In this document: one piece after another, positions 43,101 to 55,100 of the stretch
Position numbering within the stretch: the first letter of the stretch is position 1
Layout of the letters: every line of letters begins with the position of its first letter
Assembly (NCBI GenBank): GCA_964187785.1
Contig: OZ076409.1
Coordinates: 8,682,001-8,746,000 of the forward strand
From: Amphiscolops sp. MND2022
Lineage: Eukaryota
Direction: 5' to 3'
Length of the DNA stretch: 64,000 nucleotides
Notes under the pieces: model-generated
Database searches by the model: none
What the model was told of the DNA's origin: nothing
What the model saw: the letters and a program-made list of their open reading frames with translations, nothing else
Made by a program: the position numbers and the translations under genes

Positions 43101-46100
43101 AAGGGATGTCAATTCCCTCATTTTTCAGACTTTCGTGAGTTTTGGTTATGGGTTGCAGTTTCCACAGAAACATAGAATTCTCCAAGTACCGAGTTGTTTT
43201 CGTTGTAGTGTTGATCTAAGGTGTCGAAACTGATTGCAATCATTTAATTCCAGGTCTGAGGCATCATCAAGCAGTCCGACCACATCCAACCCTGAGTCAC
43301 CTCTGCAACAGGCGATGGCCAGCAGCAGCGATAATAGCACAAGTCATCAAGAACTGAGAACTACTCCCAAACATGCTGCCCACTCTTCCACTCCCGATAT
43401 CATGAATGAAGTCCAAAGGTGACACAAGACACTCTCTGATTCCAAGAGTCTTCAGATCTTCAGAATCCAATACAGTGGAACCGCTTAATTCGTAACGCTA
43501 GAGGCCATATAAAATAGTACGAATAGGGAGAAATACGAATTAACAGGATGATATTACTTTAATTGTCGTGGAATGATACGGGTCTCAGATACATAAGAAT
43601 TACTAATTCAGTAAACGAAGCTCCGATTTATCCGGATACGAAATTGACGGAGTGGACTGGAGTTTAGAATCGAAAATTGCAGGCAGATTATTTAGATCTA
43701 ATTATCTAGGATCGAATTATACAGGATCGAAAATGATATTTTCAAAATATTATATTTTTAGAAACCGAAACTGGCTGTATGAATCAGCCTTCCTCATTCC
43801 GGGGAGCATTGCGTCCCTCCAGGTCGGTCTTACTCAGAACTTGTCGGTTGTCAAGTAGTGGCGCCTGCTTCTAGGGAGCTTTAGGTGTTCATTCATCTCT
43901 TTCGACCCCGGACTAAGTCAAATCATAATTCGATCCTAGATAATTTTGCAAACTTTTCGATTCTGCATGATTCGACTCTGCGAAGCAATTCCGATTCCAA
44001 TTGACTGTCTATTCAAAAAAGACTTTGCGTTTGTTTTTACTTCAACCATTTATATTTAGGAGGTTTTATTAACATTGTTATTTAACCTTGACTACTTGTG
44101 CACTCGTACTTTTTTTCTCCCGACTTTTTGATGAAAATTTCAAATTTGTCAAAAACTCCATACGATTTTGATAAAATTCAGCACAGTCATTCTACACCCA
44201 AAGGTACTCCTGCGTGCACAATGACATCAAAATCGTATGACTGCGATCTGAGAAGCATAGCCAAAAATAGTCCAAAATGACCAAATGACACTAAAGTGCG
44301 TAATTCGCTATTCAATATTTTTTTTCGTTTCCGACTCCTTGACAGCACATGCGGCTCTGGTTAGTTATACAGATTTAGTCTCTTTGATGCACTGACTGTT
44401 TTTCAAAGATATCGCGCTCTTCAAAGATGGGTCATTTTTTAAACACAATTCATTTGACCTTTTCTAAGATCTCCTTTTAGTCGGCGCTTTTCGTAGAAAA
44501 CGCAGACTATTGCACTGGCTTTTTTAAGACCAACGAAGTGACAGATTTTATAAGCTTTACAAGCTGGCTTCCACTAACTTCCACACTAAACTGCTACTTC
44601 TACTGGCACTTGGCATAGAGGTTGATTAGGATTTTTTGAGGTCTGCCAAGCAGAAGGACGTGGGTTCGAGTCTCGCCCTTGACCAAAATTTTTTGTGCAT
44701 GTTATTTCGGCTTTGTGAGACTTTTTTTCGCAAATTTTTTTAATGTCTCCAAAGGGCCCCCTCAGTTTTTTTCTATTTTGAATAGAATGGATGTTCAGAA
44801 AATCCCAAAGGGTCTCCCCTTTTACATTTTTCGGCACTATGCGACGTACCGGAGACTTGAAAAAAAAATCGAAATTTTTTTTGGAATTTTTTTCCCATTC
44901 GGGTACTGTAGAAGAGAATACTTGACACTTTGAAGTCCTTTTGCTATTTTTGAGCCTTAAATATGGCGCTGACTTGGTCCGTTCCCGGATTGTTTCTATT
45001 TTATGACACTGTTGCATTTGTTGTTGTTGTAGCGACGAAAATGGCTTTCTGTTGGTGTCAGATGTTGGCTGCTCCGGGACCGTGCCGACAGCCAGAGGAG
45101 CGACCAGCGGTGATCTGCCGGACACGTCGACGTTCAGTGGCGGACCCCCTCGCAGAAAGGCACCCCCTCCCCCACCCAAGAAACTGGCCACACTTTCCAC
45201 AGAAGATGCTCTGTCTTCGAGCCATCTGGACATGCTCAAGTGAGTCCAAATCACAGTTTTCACATCGCTTATTTTTTCGCTAAACCGCTAATTTCAAAAT
45301 CGCTATTTCGCTGAAAATACTTTTTCTTTAAACTATTAAATGTCTGATTTCAAGAATGTTTCAAATATAAACGATGACATTCAATGTTTGCAATAAAAAA
45401 AAACTAGAGTTTTATTATACACTGTGGGTTTTACAGATGAGGAGTTGCTATTTTTCGAAATTCATTTCGAAACTCCGTGTATTTTTCAAGGAAATTTTGA
45501 ATTTGCACAATCTGTTAGTTGCCGCTAATTTGAACCGCTGAAAAAATTCTGCGCGGTCGCTAAATCGCTGATTAGCGCGGTGTCAAAACTGTGGTTCAAA
45601 TTGACCATTCTAATTCGAAAATTGGAATTACCCTGTGTCATATCAGACATGGTTATCGGCATGGTAAAATTGATTTCATTGCTTTTTAGATAATGATGAT
45701 TTTTTATGAAATTAATCTTTATTAAACGGAACATTCTGGATTATAACTGATGTACCGTTCAACTACAGGATTCTTGTACCGAGTTTTTCGAGGGTAGTTA
45801 GTTGTAATTATAATTGAATTAGTTTGAAAAAACTTCGATAAATAAAGGTTATGTCCGAAGTTATTACAACGGCTTATTCAGAAATTGGAGACGACAAGAA
45901 ATTTTTGTGAAAAGAATAAATTATACAATTAAAAGCAGCTCACATGTCTCACTATGGTTAGGTTATCTTGCCATGATCTTGACAAGCGTTCCGTATATCA
46001 TGATTTGCCATGATCTTGACAAGGGTACCATGGTTAACCATGATTTAGCAAGATTAACCATGATCATGGCAAGCGTTCCATGGCTTCGAACACTGGGTAC

Positions 46101-49100
46101 TAAACATTTGTATCGCATCACTGAGTGAAATTTTTTTCCTTCAATTTTTTTTCGGCACATACTCATCCAATGAAATATAGGCGTGTCACGTCAACTATTT
46201 TTGGACCTCATCAAGGTCTGGTCTGAACCTTTTTTCAAAATCTATAAAGCTCTACTTTACTTAAATTTCAAATATTTTTTTATCCCAAATCATCGCATAG
46301 TAAAGTGTCTGTATCATGTTTCTTATTCCCCCAGGTACACCTTGTTTCGAATTAACAGCAAAGGTATGATTATGTCGACATCAAATATTTTATTGGAGCA
46401 AAATCTCAACTCATACGATGTCGACATAATGGTATTTGAACATCTCTTCTTTTAAAACGTCGTGGTGTAAAAAGTGACTCATTTCACGTTAGTGAGTTCA
46501 TTTTTTATGGTACACGCAGGTGTTTCATGCATGGAAGATTCCACGACAACATTTTTTTTCTTCTATTCAAAAACGTGGAAAAATAATCTCACGTTTTTCA
46601 AGTTAAGAATTTTCAAAAACACATTGTTTCTGCATGAACAGGTGAAACGCTTTCTAGGATTACATCAATTTTACATTGTACAAAGTGCCACTTCCTTGTC
46701 AATCAATGACGAAAATCTGTCTTTTACCTGTGTGTAAGGCCAGCATAAAATCACGCGCCAACATGCCCAAAAATCACGCTACTTCACTAAATTCACGCTA
46801 CTTTGAATATCGAAAATCACGCGGACAAATAATCGGAGCAATGACTGAATTCAATTCAATTTTTCGGAGTTTCAGTACAAAAACAACCGTTATTTGATAA
46901 TTTCTGGGCCCAACCTTTTGCAGTCCGAAGTGGCAATATTCCAAATCTAGAATAGTCACTTCAAAACAACCATATTCCGCCAATTTCTAGTTCCTTTTCA
47001 TTGTTCTATGTTGTTCGATTTTCTGGAATATTCTAGAATAGTTACTTCAAAACCATCATATCCGCCAACTGCTAGTTCCGCCGTAAAATCACGCCATGTC
47101 ACGGAGCATTCTAATTGGCTAGAAAATCACGCTAATTCACGCTCGTGATTTTATGCTGGCCTTGCCTGTGTGTAATGTCTACTATACCTATGGTTTTATT
47201 GTGTCAAAGGAACGAAGGCTCTTACGAGACGATCCCAGACGTGTCAAAAGACCCCCCTGCTATCCCCAAAAGAGTCGCTCTGGATGTGCAAGGGCGCCCA
47301 GAGGAGGACGACCAGCTGAGACCCAAACCAAAACCCCTTCCTCGAGTATCATCTCTGCAGGTCAGTTATCTCCGCAATGTTTCTAAAACGCTTGTCCCCA
47401 ACTAAAAACATCAAAAAACCAAACCCAATCTTCTGAGAATTGTTTCTTTAATGTCACTGTGCCGAAAAACCCAAAAGAATGGGAACCTTCAGGCTCAGAA
47501 AAAACTTTCTAGGTCTCACCATTGGTAAAGTGGTTAGCGTTACTGGGTTTGAACCTAGAGGGTGCTGGTTTTAAACCAAATGATGAAAAAAATTCGATAT
47601 TTTTCAGCCTATCAATTTCAAAAACCGTGATCGTGGCTGAAATACTTAGTCGGCGCCTTTTCCTTTAAGGAAAAAACCTGACTATTACAATGGGTAGTTT
47701 TTTTCAGTTCACTCCGAATGGCTCTCTTTTTTGTTGATTTGTTCAACTCTTTAGCCGAGAGGTCAACCCGGATTTTAGTTCGGATGTAATGTTTTCGAAG
47801 TTCGGATATAACGTTTTCAAAGTTCGTATGTAACGTTTTCATTTCCCGTATAACATTATCGATGTTTTCCCAAAAAATTCACCTAATTTGTTGAGCCTTA
47901 GATATGGCGCCGACTTGGGCCGTTCCCGGCTTGTATGTTACTAATTCCAAAACAGTCACTGACACACCAACAAAAAAGCAAACAAGCCGGGACCGGCCCA
48001 AGTCGGCGCCATATCTAAGGCTCAAAAATAGCAAAAGGACTTCAAAATGTCAAACTATTGGTTAATTGGGTACCCTTTTATGAAAAAAAATTGAAAAAAG
48101 TCTCACAATGCCGAAAAAACTTCCCGGCTTGTCTTTGATTGATCACCTTTTGCAGGGTGCGAAGGGGGGAGAGGTACCACCGAGTGTGGCGAGGATGAGA
48201 CAGAAGCATGGCGGCAAGTGGAGGGCAAGTGGCGGCGACGAGAACCGCAGACAGACTGTCACTGTGGAGTACAACCCCCACGCAGGTACTACAGACACAC
48301 TTTTTAATCCGATAAAAAATAATAATCACCCAGTTGATCATCAGATCTTTGATGTTACGCCTCTACGATGCATTCCCAAATAACATTGAAACTAAAACTA
48401 AATTAGTTTCAAATGACATAAAAATGAAATGAGTTTCACTAGACATAAAAATAAAATTGTTTACCAGAAAGTTTCAGTGGTCGAAAGCATTTACAATTCA
48501 AAAGAGTCACTGAAAAAAGTATTAAAATCATTTTAATTTTAAACATTTTTCTGTAATGATTACAGATAAAATTTCACGAGTTCGATTGTTTAACCGGGGT
48601 TTTCGGTTTTATTTTTATGTTATGTGAAACTAATTTCATTTTTTTGTTGAATGGAACTATTTTCATTTTTATGTTGAATGGGACTAATTTGATTTTTATG
48701 TTATTTGCTATTATGTTATTTGAGACGTGATCCGCCTCTACCACCGAAGCTTTAGCAAATTTATAAAGAGTTTCCTTGCAAAAATCTACAAAATTCGAGA
48801 ACCGTTTCTCAATTTTAGAAGTTTCTTCGGAAACTTTGTTTGTCATATGATGAAAACTTTGTTTGTCATAGATCAGATGTTTGTCTACATAAAAATGTAG
48901 AAGGAGGGACCCTTTGGGATTTATTAACATACATTCAGTTGCAAAATATGACAACACTCGAAGGGGGGACCCTTTTGAGACATTAAAAATTTTTTCGAAA
49001 AAAAGTCGCACAGTGCCAAAAAAAATCCAAAGGGGGGACCATTTAGGCACGTCCGGTTTTGTAGGTTTCCTTGAAAAGGTGAAAAAATGAAAGGGGGGCT

Positions 49101-52100
49101 CCTTTGCACTAAGTTTGCCTTGGCCCCTTTGCCGGACTGGGCGCCTTAGGTGATTTCAGGATTGTTTCTAAAAAGTGGACCGTTCAGTGTGAGGATTGTA
49201 GTCTGAAGAAAAACAAGACGGGAACGTCTAAAGTCGGCGCTATATCTAAGGCTCAAGAGGCGCAAAGTTTTCTAAATATGCTCAGGACGTATTCATGAAA
49301 AGCTTTGAAAACACTTTCGAAACACCCAAAGTGTGCCTCTCATGCTCGATATGACTGGAAAATCACTGTTTCCCGACTGGGAACAAAATTTGAAAACTTT
49401 TTGAAAAATTTTTTTTGAAAAAAAAACTTCGAAAATGTCGCATAGTGCCGAAAAATGAAAAGGGGGGACCCTTTGGGATTCATTGACAGACATTCTGTTG
49501 CAAAATATTAAAAAACTCGAAGGGGGGACTCTTTTGAGACCTTAAAAAATTTTCGAAAAAAATTCGCACAGTGCCGGAAAAAAAATTAAAGGGGGGACCC
49601 TTTGGTCTCTTTCGGTTTTGTAGGTTACGTAAAAAAGGTAAAAAATAAAAGGGGGGACCCTTTGCACTAAGTTTCCATTGGCCTGACTTGGCCTGAGTAG
49701 TCTTATCAGTTTCTGTAAAAAGTGGTACATACGCGATGAGCTCTGTGGTCTGACGAAAAAAAAAGAAAAAAAACTAGCCACTGTAATAGTCGGGCTTTTT
49801 TCCTTAAAGGAAAAGGCGCCGACTAAAAACAGTCACTGCTATAGTCGGGCATTTTTCCCTTAATGGAAAAGCGCCGACTAAAAACACTTTCACAAGATAT
49901 GCGAAGGTCATTTTCTGGCTACTATCAGAATTTAGTCTAATCGAAAGCATAGTTTTGACAAATCTAATTAGCGACTTAGCGACAGCTCAGGAATTTTTCT
50001 GCGATTTCATTAGCGATTCATATCAGCTGTAACTGGTGGAATGTCCCAATTCAAAATTTCTTTTGAGTATACTCGGATATTCAAGATGAATTTCGAAAAC
50101 TCCAATTCTTATCCCCGTAAAATTCGCACAGTATACAAAAATTCCAGGTTGTTTTTCCTGCAAAACCAAATTAGGTTATCATTCAGTTTTGAAAAATGCT
50201 TCATCATCAATAACTTAGATGTGTTTCCCAGGTATTCGTTTAGTTGAACAAAGTGAACAAAATTTCGTCGCATTCGAGACTGTCTTAAATGAAACAGATT
50301 AAAAAACGAGTGACCTGTAATAGTCGGGCTCTTTTATTCTAAAAGCTCAGACTAAAAAACGACCTTAGAAAACGTCAAATGATTTGTTAAAAAAGTGACC
50401 AATCTTTGGAAAACAACCAGTGTGTCAAGGAGACTAAATCTGTATAAGTAACCATATATCTGTGTGGTTAAGGAGTCGGAAACGGAAAAATATTGAAAAA
50501 CAATTCAATTACTTTGTTACTAAGAGGGACCTAAGTTTTGTTTTAAAGGAAAATGCGCCGACTAAAAAGACGAATTGTTTCATTTCAGGAAGTGTGGATG
50601 GTCTGGAACGAATAACGAGTTGTGTCTCGGACGAAGCCCTGGCGTCCCTGGAACTGCCTCCCCCGCCCCCGCCCGAGGACGCGATGGAGGACTCGGAGCC
50701 CCTGAAGTTCATCACCCGGCTGGGCGGCCACCAGCCGAGACCCCTGTCCACCTGCGAGTCTCTGTGCTCCTGCTCGTCCACATACGGGTATGTCTCAAAT
50801 GTCGACACCATCGACGACATGTGTCGAGACTGTTGTTCGTGTCGCAGCTCCACTGTCACACTCCTCCCTGAGAACGAAGATGGTGAGTCGTAGTCATTCG
50901 ACAATGTGGAACAAGACACCCGCTATTTACCGGGAGGATATTTTCCGCCTTGTTCTTATATTTCTGTTTTTCTCCGCCAATTGCATTGTTTTCTCCATTT
51001 GCATTGTTTTTTTCCATTTGCATTGTTTTCTCCAATTGCATTTTCCTCATGAAATATCTCATGATCTCCATGCCGATCTCAATCCACTACTTCATCCATC
51101 CTTTTCATCTATGAAACCAGAATATTCAAATAACTAAAATAGTCAAGTATTGAGGGAGGTCGATGTAGAAACTGGGAGGAATAATAAAAATCGTATGGAC
51201 AGATTTTGAGAAATTTGAAATTTTCATTGAAAGGTCGGAAATTTTTTTCGATTTCTAAAAAGAGTCATCAGTTGAATGAGTCCATACCCAGTGTTCGAAG
51301 CCATGGTACCCTTGCCAAGATCCATGGCAAGTTCCTTGCTAGCCTTACCAAGATCTTGCCATTATCTTGGCAAGGATACCATGGCCATGCAAGATCGTGC
51401 AAAGGCTAACCATGATTAACCATGATCTTGTAACAATGCCGTGCTCTCAACTAACAAAACTCGGTCAATAGGTGTAGCAAATTATTGAGCAAGTTTTGGA
51501 TAATTTTCAATTAAAAAACTATTTTCGATCAATAAATTTTATGTCTGAAGTAATTACAATGGCTAATTCAGAAATTGCAGACAAGGAATTTTCGCAAAAA
51601 TAAATTATGCACAATTAATACCAGCTTACATGTCTTACCATGGTTATCTTGGCAAGATCTTGCCATGATCTTGACAAGCGTTCCATGTATGATGATTTGC
51701 CATGATCTTGACAAGGGTACCATGGTTAACCATGATTTAGCAAGATTTACCATGATCATGGCAAGCGTTCCATGGCTTCGAACACTGGGTAGAATCTAAC
51801 AGTAGGTCTAACCTTTGTGTTGTTTTCCAGTTGTGATCGGATCGGTTTCATGTGTAGATCTTGCATATTCTATGCCATCGAAGAATTGCTGCAAAAGCAA
51901 ACATTGCTAAGTTGGTTTTTTGGCACATTTAGTATGTCCTGAAGTGTTTCGATGTGGATGTCAGAAAAATTATAGTTCAAAGATCATTACCGGATAAAGC
52001 CAAAGGACTCCTTTCGGAACCATATCAAAAAACCTTAAAACGGGATTATACTAATGGTATAAAAAAGTCCCGTCTTCCCGATTGCACTCCATAGGGTTGT

Positions 52101-55100
52101 TGGAACAGTTACGGCACGTCGCTTTGGGCCTGAATTTAAGGAGTCGGAAGTATGGGATCGTGGTTTGACACAATTGAATTTGTCAGCGACGCTTTTGGAT
52201 ACAAATAGAACGTTTGCGTCTGTACGTTTTTTACTTCCAACATGAGAATAAAGCATTTCTCATTTTCTTAGGGCTTGAACTGGGTGATTCCAGCAGGCAT
52301 AAAAAGATCTCCTTGGGCCTTTCAAGGCTCTCGTAAATCGGGCAATGCGCCTTTGAAAGTCGTTCCTGGTACAGTGTGATGCCTATTGTTGCTTAACCTA
52401 GTGGTTCTTTCAGTAAATACCAGATGAAATAAATTATTATATTATTATTTCTGCGATAGCAGGAATATTATTCAAGTCTCAAGATTTCAACTTTTTTCAG
52501 TAAAATATTTGTCGTGATACTGAAAAATTCTGATTTTGTTCGGCAGTGAGTATAAGCGGGAGATTTAAATTTTTCAAGCTGTCGACAACAATTCGTTTCT
52601 AGAGCGAGTGTGAATTATGCATTCGTACACCGAGTCATTGAGATGAAGCGAATAGTGTTAGTTATTCGTTCGCCGAGAGCTTCGCATGCATTCAAATGCG
52701 ACACTTCGTCTACGCTCAGTAGTTATATTTTTTTAGTCTGAGAAGAATTAAAGGCGGTGTAAACTGGTACAGTGATTAATTGTGCGCTATAGAAATGATT
52801 AAGATATACTTCTAATATTGAAGATGAAAGTCTAAAAGCAGAAAGAATACTGTGCCCCACAGGGGCTTTTTGAAGATGAAAGCCTAAAAGCAGAAATAAT
52901 ACTGTGCAGGGGCCTATTTTCGTATATTATTTCTCGTGCTAGCATAGCTTTTTAACAACAAAATACAATGAAATGTTTCTGGAAAGACGCAAAAATGCAC
53001 ACTTCATCGATTTTGATTGTTTCGTGTTTTTTTTCAGTTGAGGGATCTGAAACGGACAACATCAGCTTGAGATCGGAAACGAGCTTCGCGGTGGAAATGG
53101 ACAACTTGGTCAGCATGGCAGAACTGGCGCTGAGTGAGAACAGTCTGGAACTGGCCCTGAAGAGGAACGCCGCCTACCTTGACCCGGTCGGTGACCTGCT
53201 GATGACCTCCTCGTCTGCCAAGAACCGACCTCTCAGCTCCGCCTCTCTCGGGGACGAGTCAACTGGTGGTCTTCTCACTCCCAAAGCTGCTTCTCCGCGC
53301 TACCTGGTTAGTACCAGTTATTATTATTTTCCACCCACTCATAATGGGGGAGGAAAATCATTATGTTGCGTTTTTTCCAAATTCTGCCAAAACTCCGTTT
53401 TATTACTCCATTTAGTAAATTCTAGTCACCATAGCGCAGTTGGTACTGCGTCTGCCTGGCAGACACGAGGTCGCGGGTTCGAACCCGGGCCGATGCGTTA
53501 CATTTTTAGCGGAAAATATCCCGGTGCTTAACGGGCGTCTTGTTATTGTATTGGATAGGAAATACTCAGGTTTTAGGAGTCGGAAAATGACAAAATCGAC
53601 GAGGATTCCTCGGAAAGTATGTGTTACATCTCGTTTTTTTTCCTAATAAAATGGGAAAAAATCTTGGAAGATCTCCAATATTTTTATGTTAATGATTGAT
53701 ATATGACAAAATTTTTCAATCTTTTTGCCCGAAAAAGGTTTTGTGATTTTTTTCAAGTTTTCAGGAGTCGGGAAAATTTTAGACTCTTTATGCAATCGTA
53801 CTTTTTTCTCGCCCGATCTTTCAATGAAAATTTCAAATTTCTCAAAAACTATTCATACTATTTTTAAAATTTAGTACAGTCATTCGACACCCAAAGGTGC
53901 TCCGGTGTGCGCCATGACATCAAAATAATATGACTGGGAAGCAGCCAAAATTAGCTATGGCAAAAAAAACAGCCAGATTAAGATTTGTTGTACAAAAGTT
54001 GTAGATATGAATGTACGTTCTTGGATATTATTGAGTATTACAAAAACTTTTTGAGCTAAAAATTTCAAACACTTTTTGAGCTACAAAGGGTCTTGAAAAT
54101 TAGCGAGCTCTCAACCCCTGGTTCATGTATCCATTATTAGTCGTTACTATTCATGATATTCTTCTGTTCAGAGCTGTACAGACATTCCCGATGTCAGTTC
54201 CAGGCCAGATGACCTAAACATCAAAGAAGCGGATGCTGAAACTCTGAAAGTTTTGTTCAAGTCTCTTTTGAACCAACTTGATCAAGTTAAACATCAGCTG
54301 CTTGTTTTGGGCGAAGGTCAGTGGCTTTGCTCTCAAAGTACCTCACAGGAAACCCAAACAGACTCCGAGAATTCAACTCTTTCAAATCATCTGACGACGG
54401 CTGATGAAAAAGTCAGAATATCCTCGGCTGGCGCAACTTATAAAACTAGCACAGATAATGGGAGGAAGGAAACCTCGTATGCTGCCAAGGAAGGCGTTTT
54501 TACCCGCAAACCCAAAGACACCAAACAGTCTCCTCATTCGATCAGAAGATACCGAAGATCACGAGATTTCAGCAATGTCAGTCAGACCTCTAATGAAGCG
54601 AATTCTGCTGCTTCAAAACACGTGCCTCATGATTCGATACGTGAAAGAAACAATTTCGAGATCAATGATTTTCATCGAGCTGCGTATTTGAACCACGTTG
54701 ATAACCACCCGACTAGCAAAACCCAGTTGCAAAACGAACATGACGAGTTCCATGATTCGTATGAAGCTTTTAATAACAGAAACTCAAGTGACAGTAGTAA
54801 CTTCGATGCCGAGGAATGCGACAAGGAAGAAGACGAAGACGAAGACGAGGAAGAAGAAGCGGAGAATTATACTTTGAATGGAAATCTGTCGCTTTATGTG
54901 CCTGAGCCCAGTGATCACACGTGTTACATATCATTCGGAGACAACTCCCCTTCTTGTTCCCCTAGAACCACGACCATCGGTACTGTTCAGTCCCCGGGAT
55001 CGTCGGAGGTCGTGACGTCATTGGGAAAACCATTGGTCTCTAAATTGAAAAGTTCCCTCAGCAGCAGTACTGATTGCATCGTGAACGGATCTTACAAACA

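Noticed and set aside
47982..49884. Exon 12 captured inside a single Helentron-like element
   Set aside because: The flanking HINE-A fragments appear to belong to different subfamilies, and exon 12 fits the host gene phase normally.
53425..53497. Functional tRNA gene (also 19294-19370, 1520-1593, 47515-47580)
   Set aside because: A and B boxes are present, but acceptor and anticodon stems do not form a proper cloverleaf; these are SINE heads or pseudogenes.
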